Positions 8,710 to 19,036 of a stretch of DNA of 56,492 nucleotides are shown here, piece by piece. The translations under genes were made by a program, and so were the position numbers. This stretch comes from an uncultured Sphingomonadales bacterium (GTDB taxonomy: Bacteria; Pseudomonadota; Alphaproteobacteria; Sphingomonadales; Sphingomonadaceae). Under the pieces are notes generated by a model. The model had not been told where the DNA came from, ran no database searches, and saw only the letters and a program-made list of their open reading frames with translations. Position 1 is the first letter of the stretch. Each line of letters opens with the position of its first letter. The stretch is taken from contig CAIKKO010000076.1 of NCBI GenBank assembly GCA_903828025.1, positions 1 to 56,492 on the forward strand, written 5' to 3'.

Positions 8710-9570
8710 TCATTCGATGTAGCGAATGGTCCATGGTGCGCGCGGTGAGCCGGATATCAGCGCGACGGCGCGCCGGGTAATGGTCGAGCCATCCGGGGTT
8801 GAAGCCACCACGACAGTGCTGATCGTGCGCATTTTCAGATCCTTGCTCGAAAATGCCAGCGCCGTGGTCTGGCCGGCCAGTTCGCGGCGGCGCTCGATCA
8901 GTTCGGGTGTGTCGATGCCGCTTGCAGCCATGGCCTGCAGCGCGAGCGGGCCGGCATGCTGGATATCAAAGGGCACTTTCCCAATATCCACCGTGACCAC
9001 ATCGTGCAGACGGCGAACAAGTTTGGGCGTGAATCCCGGAATTTCACCCAGTTCGTCGATCGTCAGCGGGGGCATGTTGCGCGGTATCAAGCCATGCGCT
9101 TCATAATAGGCGTATTCGGCGTTGCCCTCCGGGGTGTCGTCGGTCTCACCCGTCCAGCGCAAATACGATGCGCGCAATTGATCGAGCTGGGCGCCGCCAT
9201 AGCCAAGCGCTGTCAGCAAACCGGCCAGATTTTCATCGTCAGCCAGGCCAAGGTTAAACTTGCCGTGCTCGTCTTCCAGATGAATTTTCAGCGTGACGCC
9301 GTCGATGCGTGCGGTGTGGATTTCACCATTCAGAGTCCATCGCGAGATGGTGCCATCATCGGTCATCCCGGCCAGCGCCAATACGATCCCGGCATCTGCG
9401 GCCGACACCAGTTGGGCACGCGTTGCCTCGGCCTGCAACGTGGTGATCCGCGAGCTTGCCAAAGTCACCAGCGAAGCCGCGATCGTGGCCATGAGCGCAA
9501 TGCCTGCAACGGCCGCGACCATGGCATAGCCGCGCTCGGACGGCTCGACCCCCTTGGGCGTGCGGCTCAT
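8710..9570 (-). CDS. gspK: T2SS minor pseudopilin K
   Basis: ERG|YAMVAAV N-terminus lacking Glu5, EDEHGKFNL, DELGEIPG motifs; last gene of the T2SS operon. Confidence 0.8.
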   Translation of the reverse strand: MSRTPKGVEPSERGYAMVAAVAGIALMATIAASLVTLASSRITTLQAEATRAQLVSAADAGIVLALAGMTDDGTISRWTLNGEIHTARIDGVTLKIHLEDEHGKFNLGLADDENLAGLLTALGYGGAQLDQLRASYLRWTGETDDTPEGNAEYAYYEAHGLIPRNMPPLTIDELGEIPGFTPKLVRRLHDVVTVDIGKVPFDIQHAGPLALQAMAASGIDTPELIERRRELAGQTTALAFSSKDLKMRTISTVVVASTPDGSTITRRAVALISGSPRAPWTIRYIE

Positions 9571-9577
9571 GCCGCTA

Positions 9578-11716
9578 TCACGGGATCTTGCCCTTGGTCT
9601 TGAACGGCTCCACCGAGTTGATTTTGGCGCGAAGCTCTTCGGTGATGGCGGCGATGTCATCAGGTGTGCGCAAGACATGCGGTTTGATCAGGACGATCAA
9701 TTCGGTGCGCTTGTCGACGTTATCGGTGTTGCCGAACAGCAGCGCGCCGATCACCGGGATGCGCGAGAGGTAGGGAATGCCGTTTTTCCCGTAGCTCTTG
9801 TTGTCCCGGAACATGCCGCCCAGCGCAATGACCTGGCCGTCCTGAACGGACACGGTGGTCGCGATGCGGCGGGTCGAGATGGTGGGAGAATTGCTGACGC
9901 CCGTCGCGGTTTTCGATACGTCGCTAACCTCTTGCGCGATATCCAGCAACACGCTGCCGCTGGCGTTGACGCGCGGCGTGATTTTCAGGATCACGCCCGT
10001 GTCGCGGTATTCGACCGAGTTGGAGGAGAACGGCTGGCCGCCGCCCAGGGCGGGCTGCGTAACTTGCGCAGACAGGACTGGCACCTGATCGCCCACCTGA
10101 AGCGAAGCCGTCTGGTTGTTCAGCACCATCAGCTTCGGCGCTGAAACGACCTTGACCGTCGTGTGCGCCTCGAGCGCGTTGAGCGTGGCGCGGATATCGT
10201 TCTTGTTCGAATAGAAGTATGAAAAGCCCGGGAAAACGCGTGTGGGGCTTGCGGTGCTGCCCTCGCTCAGGCCCACGTTCGAATTGCCCGAGGCGAAATT
10301 CCACTGGACGCCATATTTCAAGTCGTCGTTCAGCCCGACTTCGGTGATCGCGGCTTCGATCATCACCTGCACCGGCGGCACATCAAGCTTGCGCAGCGCA
10401 TCCTCGACGATCGCATAGTCGTGAGCCGAGCCGAAGACGACCACGGCGTTGTTGATCTCGTCGACCGAGACCCGCACTTTCAGCGCGCCCGCCCCGCCAC
10501 CATCGCCTGCTGATCCGCTGCCCAATTGGCCTCCCGAACGGGTCTGCTGGGCTGGCGCGGATCGGGCTGCGGCAGGCTGCCCTTCGCCCTGCGGACCGTT
10601 GATGCCGCCGCCGGGTTGCTCCGCCTGATCGGTTGAATCACCGCCGATGCCGCTGCCGCCAATGCCGAAGGTGGCGTTGACGGTCTTGGCCAGATCCTTG
10701 GCCCGGCTGTTCTGCGCGCGGTAGATGAACAGCCGCGCCTCGTTGCTGGTACCCTCGCGGTCGAGGATCTCGACCCAGCGGCGCACATCCTCCAGATACT
10801 GTTTCTGCTGGGTGACCGCAATGATGCCGTTGAGCTTTTCCATGGCGATGATGCGCACCAGCCCGCGGGTCGGCGCATCGGGCGCATTGATCAGCTTGTC
10901 GAGTTCCGGGACGATCAGGCGGCTGTCGGTGCGCTGCGGCACATAGAGTGCGAACGACACCGAGCGCAGCCAGTTGACATCGAACTGCGCGATAACGTCG
11001 TGCGCGCCCTTGCGCTGCGCTTCGGTGCCGGCAATGACCATCGTGTTGTGGTCCTTGTCGACCGACTGGACAGCGCCGGGGACGACCGTATCGAGCAGCT
11101 TCTTGAGTTCTTCGGCATTGGCGAACTGCAGCGTGACCACTTCGGTGCCGAACCCGCGATCGGGCAGGAAGCCGGTTCCTTCGGCTTTGGCTTCGGCGAC
11201 CGTCTCGATCTTGTAGCCAGTGCCCTGCCAGACCATCGCAAGGTCGGCCTTTTTCAACGCGGCCTCGAACAAATCCAGCAACTGGCTGCGGCTGACCGGT
11301 CCCGGCGTCGATAGCCCGACATCGACATCGTCCTTGACCGTGACGGTGTAGGGGATCTGCAGCGTGTCGCGCAGCACGACCCGGGCCAGCGTGCGCACAT
11401 CCGCGTGGGGGATGTTGAATTCGATCTCACCGCCGACGCGCGGTTTGGCGGCCACGCCAGAAATGGCAGGCACCGGGCTCTGACCGCCGAGAACGGTTGT
11501 CGCGACGCCCCGATCTTCGGCCGGGGCTTGCGGCGCGGGCCGGCTTGCGGGGCCTTCGACCGGCTGGATGACCCGCGGTGCGCAGCCGCTTGACAGCAGC
11601 AGGGCCAGCAGAGGCAGGCCCAGCACGAGCCCGGCCGAGGATTGGAAGCCTGGGCAGGCGGCGGCAGGCGCGTAGCGGGCTGAGCGCCTGATGGCGGTTT
11701 TCAAAGGGCTATTCAC
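9578..11716 (-). CDS. gspD: T2SS secretin (lipoprotein type)
   Basis: Lipobox LLSSGC, QVMIEAAITEV, SAPKLMVLNNQTA, GIPYLSRIPVIGALLFG...RTELIVLIKP. Confidence 0.95.
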   Translation of the reverse strand: MNSPLKTAIRRSARYAPAAACPGFQSSAGLVLGLPLLALLLSSGCAPRVIQPVEGPASRPAPQAPAEDRGVATTVLGGQSPVPAISGVAAKPRVGGEIEFNIPHADVRTLARVVLRDTLQIPYTVTVKDDVDVGLSTPGPVSRSQLLDLFEAALKKADLAMVWQGTGYKIETVAEAKAEGTGFLPDRGFGTEVVTLQFANAEELKKLLDTVVPGAVQSVDKDHNTMVIAGTEAQRKGAHDVIAQFDVNWLRSVSFALYVPQRTDSRLIVPELDKLINAPDAPTRGLVRIIAMEKLNGIIAVTQQKQYLEDVRRWVEILDREGTSNEARLFIYRAQNSRAKDLAKTVNATFGIGGSGIGGDSTDQAEQPGGGINGPQGEGQPAAARSAPAQQTRSGGQLGSGSAGDGGGAGALKVRVSVDEINNAVVVFGSAHDYAIVEDALRKLDVPPVQVMIEAAITEVGLNDDLKYGVQWNFASGNSNVGLSEGSTASPTRVFPGFSYFYSNKNDIRATLNALEAHTTVKVVSAPKLMVLNNQTASLQVGDQVPVLSAQVTQPALGGGQPFSSNSVEYRDTGVILKITPRVNASGSVLLDIAQEVSDVSKTATGVSNSPTISTRRIATTVSVQDGQVIALGGMFRDNKSYGKNGIPYLSRIPVIGALLFGNTDNVDKRTELIVLIKPHVLRTPDDIAAITEELRAKINSVEPFKTKGKIP

Positions 11717-12275
11717 TGGTGTTCTCGCTCTTGGAGGCGTCGCTTGCGCTGGGCGGAGGCGTATCGAAATTTATGCGATGTGTCTTGCCACTGCGCCGGA
11801 ATAGCGCCGAGTTGCCCTGAATTGCGGTGAGTTGCCACCCGCGCCAGGTTCCGCCCACGGGCAATCTGAAAACGGGGGCATGGGGCGGGTGGATGATAGC
11901 CGCTTGCGCCGATTTGATCCGCATTGATCCAACCACCCAAGCGCCCGAAAGTGGCCCGATCTTTGGTTTGGGCGGTGCTTCCGTTGCGGTATCGCCGTCT
12001 GTGGACGCCGCTTCGCCCGTCGGCAAGCCCAGGCGGGAAGGGGTGAATAGCCAGGGAATCGCCCCCGGCGCGGGCGCACCGGGTTCGCCGATGACGGGAA
12101 GAGTCCACCGCGCCGCACGCACGGGGCCCGCTTCCAGCGGACTCGTCACACCCGTCGACAGGCCAAATTGCGCCAGCGCTCCCGCTGCCAAAATGGCGGC
12201 GAGGATTGCCGGCAAAAGGCTGCCGTTGGCACTACTGGGTGCGTAGGAACGGAGCTGAAACTTCAAGTCTGACAT
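11709..12275 (-). CDS. T2SS GspC/N-like inner-membrane protein
   Basis: Single TM, LFTPSR motif, GWQLTAI; lies between gspM and gspD. Confidence 0.6.
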   Translation of the reverse strand: MSDLKFQLRSYAPSSANGSLLPAILAAILAAGALAQFGLSTGVTSPLEAGPVRAARWTLPVIGEPGAPAPGAIPWLFTPSRLGLPTGEAASTDGDTATEAPPKPKIGPLSGAWVVGSMRIKSAQAAIIHPPHAPVFRLPVGGTWRGWQLTAIQGNSALFRRSGKTHRINFDTPPPSASDASKSENTSE

Positions 12276-12783
12276 CGAGCAAATCCGATTTCGGGTCGTT
12301 GAGCGCATCAGCTGCGTTGGCAACCATGGTTTCCATTACAATCGCAGGGCGTTGCTGGTTCAGCCGGGCCAGCAAATTTGCGAGCTGCGCATGGCTCATC
12401 TGGGCTTCGAGCGCGGCGCGCACCCAACCTTCATCGCCCGATAGCACCGCCTCGCTGGCTTTGACATTGACGCCGGCGGCTTGCGCCGTTGTTTCGATCT
12501 GCTCGCGCAGGGTCTCGCCCGCTTCGTCGGAATCAGGGCCGCCAATAAACATCGCCCGCATGTCAACCTGCTGCTTGAGCGCCTCGCGCTGCAACTCATT
12601 GAGTGTCGCTATGCGCTGCGTATTGCTTAGAAACGTGTGCTGCAGCTGCTCGCGAGCTTCCGCCCGGCTCCGAAATCCATCCATGATCGGATAGACAACC
12701 GCAAAGTATGCCGCCGCAATCGCGACCAGCAGGAGCAAGACTGCGATCAGTTGGCGCTCTCTGGCTGACAATGTGCGCATCAA
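12232..12783 (-). CDS. gspM: T2SS protein M
   Basis: LSARERQLIA followed by TM and coiled coil; operon position. Confidence 0.8.
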   Translation of the reverse strand: MMRTLSARERQLIAVLLLLVAIAAAYFAVVYPIMDGFRSRAEAREQLQHTFLSNTQRIATLNELQREALKQQVDMRAMFIGGPDSDEAGETLREQIETTAQAAGVNVKASEAVLSGDEGWVRAALEAQMSHAQLANLLARLNQQRPAIVMETMVANAADALNDPKSDLLDVRLEVSAPFLRTQ

Positions 12784-13802
12784 TGTTTCTCCCGAAGCGA
12801 CGCGCTCAGGTCAAAGGGTTTGCCGCCAGTCGCTTCGGAAGCCGCTTCGCCGCGGCCGGCACGCACGGCGTAAAATGCGCCCGATGCCTTGACCGCTCTG
12901 ATGGGATTCACGTCTCCCAGCGCAAAGCCCGAAACACGGATGGTTGTTCCGTCCCATTCCAGGCGCTGAACCCAGCTTTTCGCCGGAAGCGCCGCTCCGA
13001 GGCGAGCAAGCGTGCGCAAGGGCTGCTGGAGTTCGCGGCGGGACCGCAGGGTTTCGATCAGCGCTGCATTCCGTTTGAGGCGGCCTTCAATCTGGCGCAC
13101 CGCGTTGAGGGCAGGGGCCTGAGCATCGACAGCGGCCTGCGCTTGATCGACCTGCTGCTTGTCGCACACGACGGCCACGATCAAATTGCACGCCACCAGC
13201 ACCGCCACCACGATCCACCAGAACCGCGCCACCGGCGGACGTTGAGGAAGCAGTCCGGCGGCCCGCATGCCCGGCGCGAGGTCGAAGGCAAGCCGTTCGC
13301 CGTCCTGATCAAGCGGCCCGATTCTGCGCGGTGCAATCTTGGAATCGGCTACTTTTTCCGCGATGTGTCTGGCCCGTGCGAGCGGCAGCGCGCCGACGAT
13401 GACATCGACCATCCCCGGTTGCAGCGCCGAGGGACCGCCGGCGCTTACGCCGATGATCAGGGCGCTTGCCGCAAGCGGAAGAATGCGCTCCGCATCCAGT
13501 TCGACAAGGGCGCGCAAGTCCGCATCGCGCATCGCGGGCAGCGCCAGATGCCTGAGCAGGCAAATGTCCTCCGGGATCACCAGCGTATCGACCGTTTGCC
13601 GGGTTGACGTTGCTGCAATGATCTCGTCCGCCGGCCCCAGCCGGTGGAAGGCGGCGAGCGGGCGCTGACCGCCGCCAAGGCTCGTGGGGACCAGAGTGCG
13701 AAGCTCGCGCAGCCACCAGTCGAAACCCTGCCGCGCAACCTGCGTCACGGTGCTCATATCGGCATTGAGCAAATCCGTCAGGTTCAAGGGTTCTCTCCGC
13801 AA
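12780..13802 (-). CDS. gspL: T2SS protein L (PilN-domain)
   Basis: WWLREL, LRHLALP, central TM, LPAKSWVQRLEWDG...VSGFA. Confidence 0.8.
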   Translation of the reverse strand: MRREPLNLTDLLNADMSTVTQVARQGFDWWLRELRTLVPTSLGGGQRPLAAFHRLGPADEIIAATSTRQTVDTLVIPEDICLLRHLALPAMRDADLRALVELDAERILPLAASALIIGVSAGGPSALQPGMVDVIVGALPLARARHIAEKVADSKIAPRRIGPLDQDGERLAFDLAPGMRAAGLLPQRPPVARFWWIVVAVLVACNLIVAVVCDKQQVDQAQAAVDAQAPALNAVRQIEGRLKRNAALIETLRSRRELQQPLRTLARLGAALPAKSWVQRLEWDGTTIRVSGFALGDVNPIRAVKASGAFYAVRAGRGEAASEATGGKPFDLSASLREKH

Positions 13803-14494
13803 TTCGGGCTGCCATTATCATCGCGGCAGGGGACGCGGGTCATCGGGGCTGGTCGCACCATCAGGACCGGCCATGTTCGTGAATCGCTTCGACCGAACGT
13901 TACCCGTATCCGGATCAACTTGGGAAGGATCCCTCGGCGAAGCCAATTCTGCTGCCATGAGTCATATTGGACAAACTTGCCCGGCCCATAATAATCGATG
14001 TCCATGCGGGCAACGTTGTTTAGCAGGACCAGTTGCCGCTGGCCTATTCCCTCAAGGACGGCGGCGCGCGGCGATGTTCGCTCGTTTACAGCGGAAAGCA
14101 CCAGATTTCCGCCCTGGGCGACATGGATGAGAAAGCGATGCAAGGCATGCGGACCGTCGGCTTGAAAGGTCGGTGCAACGAACTCAAGCTGATTGGGGAA
14201 GCCGGAGAACACCACCGTGTCTGCCGAACCCTTCGCGTCGGGTATCATGCGCATGGCACTCACCCGCTCGCGCAGGGCGTTTTGCGCGAGCACCACACGA
14301 TCTTCGGCATCAATACGGCCGAGCAGAGACTCCTCCGCGCGCGCCTGCATCGTCAGGACGCCCAAAATCATGGCCGAGATAAGTCCGAACACAAACAACG
14401 CCACGAGGGCTTCGGCAAGCGTAAAGCCCGCGTCGTGGTGATCCGATGCGAGGCGAGCCGGCGTTTTCCGCGGTGAGAAAATGCCACCGGTCAT
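13784..14494 (-). CDS. gspJ: T2SS minor pseudopilin J
   Basis: AG|FTLAE prepilin motif, WQQNW...LPKLIRIRV...WP. Confidence 0.85.
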   Translation of the reverse strand: MTGGIFSPRKTPARLASDHHDAGFTLAEALVALFVFGLISAMILGVLTMQARAEESLLGRIDAEDRVVLAQNALRERVSAMRMIPDAKGSADTVVFSGFPNQLEFVAPTFQADGPHALHRFLIHVAQGGNLVLSAVNERTSPRAAVLEGIGQRQLVLLNNVARMDIDYYGPGKFVQYDSWQQNWLRRGILPKLIRIRVTFGRSDSRTWPVLMVRPAPMTRVPCRDDNGSPNCGENP

Positions 14495-14880
14495 TGGCCG
14501 GCGACCAAAGTCGATAGCTGTGCCAGGCGGATTTGGCCTGACAGGTCGGTAATCGTCACGGAAACCTTGCGCAGCGGCACCATTTCCACCTCGTCCGACC
14601 GGTAACTTTCGATCGCAACCGACCAAGCGAGGTTTCCGTCTATTCCCGTGCGGCTGATGGGCTTCGACCTGCTCTCCACACTCGCTGCCGCCAAAACCGA
14701 GCGCGCGAGGAGCAAAGCGCTTCTGCGTTCGAGCACAGTCCTTGTGGTATGGCTGACCTGCGAAACGGTCAGATAAACAAGCGCGCTCATCATGGCGACA
14801 ATCGCGAATGCGAAAAGCGCTTCGACCAACAGGAAGCCGTTTGGTGGGGAACGCCGCTCACGCATGACTGTTGGCTGCAT
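14491..14880 (-). CDS. gspI: T2SS minor pseudopilin I
   Basis: NG|FLLVE prepilin motif; size and position fit. Confidence 0.8.
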   Translation of the reverse strand: MQPTVMRERRSPPNGFLLVEALFAFAIVAMMSALVYLTVSQVSHTTRTVLERRSALLLARSVLAAASVESRSKPISRTGIDGNLAWSVAIESYRSDEVEMVPLRKVSVTITDLSGQIRLAQLSTLVAGQ

Positions 14881-15328
14881 CGCTGGCTGCGGTCATCGAA
14901 ACACGCTCTTGGGTCAGGTTGCCCAGATCGCGTTCCACTGCATACGTGGTCTGCCCATCGCTCGTGGTAAGAGTCAACGTCCCGCTCGTGGTGCTGCCAT
15001 CGGGATAAAACCAGATCTGTGCGGGAACGGCGGTTACCACCGCATGGCCCGGCAGTTGCCGCGCCGGGCCGCTCCCGATCACAAATCCGGTCCGTTGGGG
15101 TATTGGGGCAAAGGCAACCGCCCGGTCCGTTCGCAGCGCCAGCGCCCGGGCTTCGAGCAGTCCAGCGACGATCTCACCGCGTGCTCGCCGCGCATCCAGT
15201 GCCCCGAAACTGCGCTCCAGTTCGGGATATCCGATCGCCGCAGTTAGCCCCACGATCGCCAGTACCACGAGCGCCTCGATCAGCGTGAACCCGCGATGGT
15301 CCCCTTGGCTGTGCAGACACTCCGGCAC
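14858..15328 (-). CDS. gspH: T2SS minor pseudopilin H
   Basis: RG|FTLIE motif, IWFYPDGSTTSG; GTG start just after the gspG stop. Confidence 0.85.
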   Translation of the reverse strand: MPECLHSQGDHRGFTLIEALVVLAIVGLTAAIGYPELERSFGALDARRARGEIVAGLLEARALALRTDRAVAFAPIPQRTGFVIGSGPARQLPGHAVVTAVPAQIWFYPDGSTTSGTLTLTTSDGQTTYAVERDLGNLTQERVSMTAASDAANSHA

Positions 15329-15335
15329 GGACCGA

Positions 15336-15776
15336 TCACCAGTTGCCGAGGTCTTTGGCCTCGCCAGTGCCGCCTTCGGCCTCGTCGGAACCCAGTGTGT
15401 AGACGTCAACTTCGCCGTGCTTGCCGGGGTTGGCGTATTTGTAGGGGTGCTGCCACGGGTCGGTCAGGCCCGAAGCGTTGGGCAGATAGGGGCCGCGCCA
15501 GTTGGGCATTTGCTGCGGCTGGGTGACGAGCGCCTGGAGCCCTTCCTCGTTGCTCGGATACCGCCCGGCATCGAGCCGCAGCAGTTTGAGCGCCGCGTCG
15601 ATGTTCTTGACCTGCACCGAGGCCGACTCGCTTTTGGAACTGCCGAGGTACTTGATCACCTGCGGGCCGACGATGGCGTAGAGCAGGCCGAGAATCGCCA
15701 GCACGACCAGCAATTCCAGCAAAGTGAAGCCGTTGCGCCGGGAAGCGAGGCGCGGAGTGTTGGGATTGATTTTCAT
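15336..15776 (-). CDS. gspG: T2SS major pseudopilin
   Basis: NG|FTLLE, GRYPSNEEGLQAL, WRGPYL, DPWQHPYKY, DLGNW end. Confidence 0.95.
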   Translation of the reverse strand: MKINPNTPRLASRRNGFTLLELLVVLAILGLLYAIVGPQVIKYLGSSKSESASVQVKNIDAALKLLRLDAGRYPSNEEGLQALVTQPQQMPNWRGPYLPNASGLTDPWQHPYKYANPGKHGEVDVYTLGSDEAEGGTGEAKDLGNW

Positions 15777-16990
15777 TGTGCTACCGCCAAATCGTTGAAT
15801 CCAAGGATGGCCGACATGATCGAGGCGACCATGGCGGCCACGCCGATCCCGAGGCCGACGACGATCGTCGGCGTAGCGATGGCGATGATGCGTTCCAGCC
15901 GCACTTTCACGTCGCGGTCAAGCACCGTGGCCAATCGGCCAAGCATCGGGCCAAGCTGCGAGGTTTCCTCGCCGGTGCGCACGAAGCTCATGGCCAGGGT
16001 CGGAAGGATGCGCCGTTCGGCCAGCGGGGCGCTGAGCCCGCCGCCCTGCCGCACGATATCAACCACCTCGCCGATGCCCGCGTTCATGTGCCGGTTGGTG
16101 ACCGTGCGGCGCGCCAGCGCGAGGGCATTGGGGAGCGGCACGCCCCCGTCGATCAGCGCGCCAAGGCTGCGGGCAAAGCGGACCGTTTCGATGTTGCGCA
16201 GCAGGGGCCCCAATTGCGGGATTTCGAGCATCTGCCGGTCCAGCCAGGCCTTGCCCGCCGGGCTCGCCGTGGCCTGTCGCAGCGCGAAGCCCGCCGCCAG
16301 CAGGCCGCCCAGAATATAAAGCCCATTGGTGCGCACAAACTTGCTCGCGGACATGACTGCCATTGATGATGCGGGCAGCGAGCCTTTGGGCGCGGTGGCA
16401 AAGAGCGTTTCGAACTGCGGCACGACGAACAGCAGCATAAGCAGGATGACCCCCACCGCCACGATGGTCAGCGCCACCGGATACGTCATTGCCGAGGATA
16501 CCTGACGGCGCTGCTCGTCGGCCTGCTCGAGCATCTGCGCCAGCCGGGCAAGCGCCGCGCCAAGCTCGCCATTGGCCTCGCCCGCTTCGGTCATGGCGGG
16601 GGCCAGACCCGGGAACAGCCCGGGCTGATCGAGCAGCGCACCCGAAAGCGGCCTTCCCTCGCGCACCGCCGCCAGCACTTCGGCAAGGCGCAGCCGCAAC
16701 GGCGGGACGCTGACGTTTTCCACCGCGATCGAGAGCGCGCGGTCAAGCGGGAGGCCAGCCTGCAGCAGCACGCCGAGTTCGGCAAAAAAGTTGGTGATCT
16801 GGCGGCGCCACTTCTTTTCCGACCCGCTGCGCGCGCGCGCTTGGGCGCCGCCCTTCTGTTCGCTGACCTCGATCGGGCGCAAACCCGACTTGCGCAGCGA
16901 TGCCAACGCGTCGTCGCGGGTGCCCGCCTCCACCTGGCCTGCAATCGGGCCGCCGCTGCTGGCGAGTGCGCGATACTGGAACGTGGCCAC
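15773..16990 (-). CDS. gspF: T2SS inner-membrane platform protein
   Basis: FQYRAL, LLQAGLPLDRAL, AGEANG, GEETSQL, three TM segments. Confidence 0.95.
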   Translation of the reverse strand: MATFQYRALASSGGPIAGQVEAGTRDDALASLRKSGLRPIEVSEQKGGAQARARSGSEKKWRRQITNFFAELGVLLQAGLPLDRALSIAVENVSVPPLRLRLAEVLAAVREGRPLSGALLDQPGLFPGLAPAMTEAGEANGELGAALARLAQMLEQADEQRRQVSSAMTYPVALTIVAVGVILLMLLFVVPQFETLFATAPKGSLPASSMAVMSASKFVRTNGLYILGGLLAAGFALRQATASPAGKAWLDRQMLEIPQLGPLLRNIETVRFARSLGALIDGGVPLPNALALARRTVTNRHMNAGIGEVVDIVRQGGGLSAPLAERRILPTLAMSFVRTGEETSQLGPMLGRLATVLDRDVKVRLERIIAIATPTIVVGLGIGVAAMVASIMSAILGFNDLAVAQ

Positions 16991-16996
16991 GGTCCG

Positions 16997-18721
16997 TCAG
17001 TCCTCGCTCGCCACGCGGAGCACTTCTTCAAGCGCTGTCAGACCCAGGCGCGCCTTGGCAATGCCGTCGCCGCGCAAAGTGCCGCAGCCCGCCCGCGCGG
17101 CCTGATCGGCAATCGCGCGCGTATCGGCGCGGTGGAGGATCAGCGTGCCGATCTCGCGGTCGATGCGGATGAATTCGAACACGGCCATGCGGCCCGCATA
17201 GCCGCTGCCCTTGCACTTCTCGCACCCGCAAGGATGATAGAACGTGCGGCTCTCGCCTCCGTCGGGATCAATGCCCAGCCGCGCAAGCACCGCCGCGTCG
17301 GCTTCGTAGGGCGTGCGGCAGTGCGGGCACAAGCGGCGGACAAGGCGCTGCGCCAGCACCCCCGTCAGCACCGAGGATAGCAGGAACGGCTCCACCCCCA
17401 TGTCGAGCAGGCGGGTCACTGCGCCGGCCGCCGTGTTGGTGTGCAAGGTGGAGAGGATCATGTGGCCCGTCAGCGCGGCCTGCACCGCGATTTGCGCGGT
17501 TTCGGTATCGCGGATTTCGCCGACCATCATCACGTCAGGATCCTGCCGCAGGAACGAGCGCAGCGCGGTGGAGAAGGTATAACCGATGGCCGGGTTGATC
17601 TGGCTTTGCACCACACCGGGCAGCCGGTATTCGATCGGGTCCTCGATCGTTGTCAGCTTGCGGTCGGGTGCGTTGAGATGCGCGAGCGCGGCATAAAGCG
17701 TGGTGGTCTTGCCCGAACCGGTCGGTCCCGTCACTAGCATGATGCCATGCGGCTGTGCCAGCGCAGACAGGAATTGCTTCTCCAGAGCAGGGTCAAAGCC
17801 CAGCGACTTGGGATCGAGCGCGAGATTCGAGCGGTCGAGAATGCGCATGACCACGCTCTCGCCGTGGATCGAGGGCGCGCTCGCGACGCGCAAGTCGATC
17901 TCGTGCCCGCGCACCGTCAGGCGCAGGCGGCCATCCTGCGGCAAGCGGCGCTCGGCGATGTTGAGATTGGCCATGACCTTGATGCGGCTGATGATCGGAG
18001 CGCGCATCGCGGCGGGCTTTGCGGGCATTTCGCGCAGCATGCCGTCGATGCGGAAGCGCACCTGCAACCGGTCGTCGGTAGGTTCGAGATGAATATCCGA
18101 AGCGCGGGCATCGACGGCATCTGCGATCAGGCGGTTGACCGCGCGGATGACCGGCGCGTCGCTGACCAGATCCTTGAGCCGCTCGAGATCGGCATCGTCG
18201 ATTTCTTCCTCGACATCGCTTTCGGGCTCGGCGCGGTAGAGCCGGTCGATGGCGGCATCAATATCGCCCCCCCGCGCGACCACGCGCGAGACGGGATGGC
18301 CGGTGGCGAAAGCAAGGCCCGAGACGGCATCGTGATCGAGCGGATTGGCGAGCGCGATCACCACGCGGCCGTTCTCGAACCGCAAGGGCAGCGCGCGACG
18401 ATCATGCAGGAACGCGGCCGAGATGTTTGCCACCGCAAGGGCCTCGACCGGAAACGCTTCGGGCTCCACCACAGGCAAATGCAGCGCCGCCCCCAAAGCA
18501 CGGGCCAGTGCATCTTCCGACATCAGGCCGAGCCGGGTGACCACCTTCTCCAGCGTCTCGCCGGTTTCGACCTCGACCATCCGCGCACGCGCGAGTGATT
18601 CTTCGGCAAGCCCGGCGCTGCGCAGCACGGACGGCAAGTCAGCGGCCATATCAGCCGGATGCCCTGCCGAAGCCAGTCTGGCCTGGAGGGGACGAGAAAC
18701 AGAATCGGCAGACGAAGCCAT
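16997..18721 (-). CDS. gspE: T2SS ATPase
   Basis: ASDIHLEP, GPTGSGKTT, EDPIEY, LRQDPDVMMVGEIRD, two CxxC motifs. Confidence 0.95.
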   Translation of the reverse strand: MASSADSVSRPLQARLASAGHPADMAADLPSVLRSAGLAEESLARARMVEVETGETLEKVVTRLGLMSEDALARALGAALHLPVVEPEAFPVEALAVANISAAFLHDRRALPLRFENGRVVIALANPLDHDAVSGLAFATGHPVSRVVARGGDIDAAIDRLYRAEPESDVEEEIDDADLERLKDLVSDAPVIRAVNRLIADAVDARASDIHLEPTDDRLQVRFRIDGMLREMPAKPAAMRAPIISRIKVMANLNIAERRLPQDGRLRLTVRGHEIDLRVASAPSIHGESVVMRILDRSNLALDPKSLGFDPALEKQFLSALAQPHGIMLVTGPTGSGKTTTLYAALAHLNAPDRKLTTIEDPIEYRLPGVVQSQINPAIGYTFSTALRSFLRQDPDVMMVGEIRDTETAQIAVQAALTGHMILSTLHTNTAAGAVTRLLDMGVEPFLLSSVLTGVLAQRLVRRLCPHCRTPYEADAAVLARLGIDPDGGESRTFYHPCGCEKCKGSGYAGRMAVFEFIRIDREIGTLILHRADTRAIADQAARAGCGTLRGDGIAKARLGLTALEEVLRVASED

Positions 18722-18786
18722 TGGCCGGGAAACCTTGCGTACGCGGGTAGATCGACCGCAGCGCGACTAGGGTGAGGCGGCCTTCT

Positions 18787-18804
18787 ATGCCGATGATATG
18801 ACAA
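18787..18804 (-). promoter_or_regulatory. Candidate Pho box facing gspE
   Basis: Minus strand TTGTCAT-ATCA-TCGGCAT, ~65 nt upstream of the gspE ATG; second half-site is weak. Confidence 0.3.
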
Positions 18805-18959
18805 ATTGATTTCGATTGGGCAACGTGTGAGGGACAGACGGCCGACCGGCGCGGCTTTGCGACCCGTCCACCGCGTTGGGCGCGCTGGCTGCGCTTCGAT
18901 CCGCAAGGGATGTAATTTTAAGATACTGAAAAGCATGCGATTTGTCTTTAGGTGGAATT

Positions 18960-18977
18960 TCGTCTCAAAAATTTCAC
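18960..18977 (+). promoter_or_regulatory. Candidate Pho box facing tpsB
   Basis: TCGTCTC-AAAA-ATTTCAC, 11-bp periodicity, ~60 nt upstream of ATG 19037; resembles the site at 39788. Confidence 0.35.
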
Positions 18978-19036
18978 ATTGGGAGACCAATTCGGCGTCA
19001 GGGGAATCAGGGGCGGCATGCCCGGACGCGAGGGAC

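Noticed and set aside
8710-18721. Missing prepilin peptidase as a sign of a defective T2SS
   Set aside because: The peptidase is often encoded elsewhere and shared, as for Hxc; all genes here look intact.
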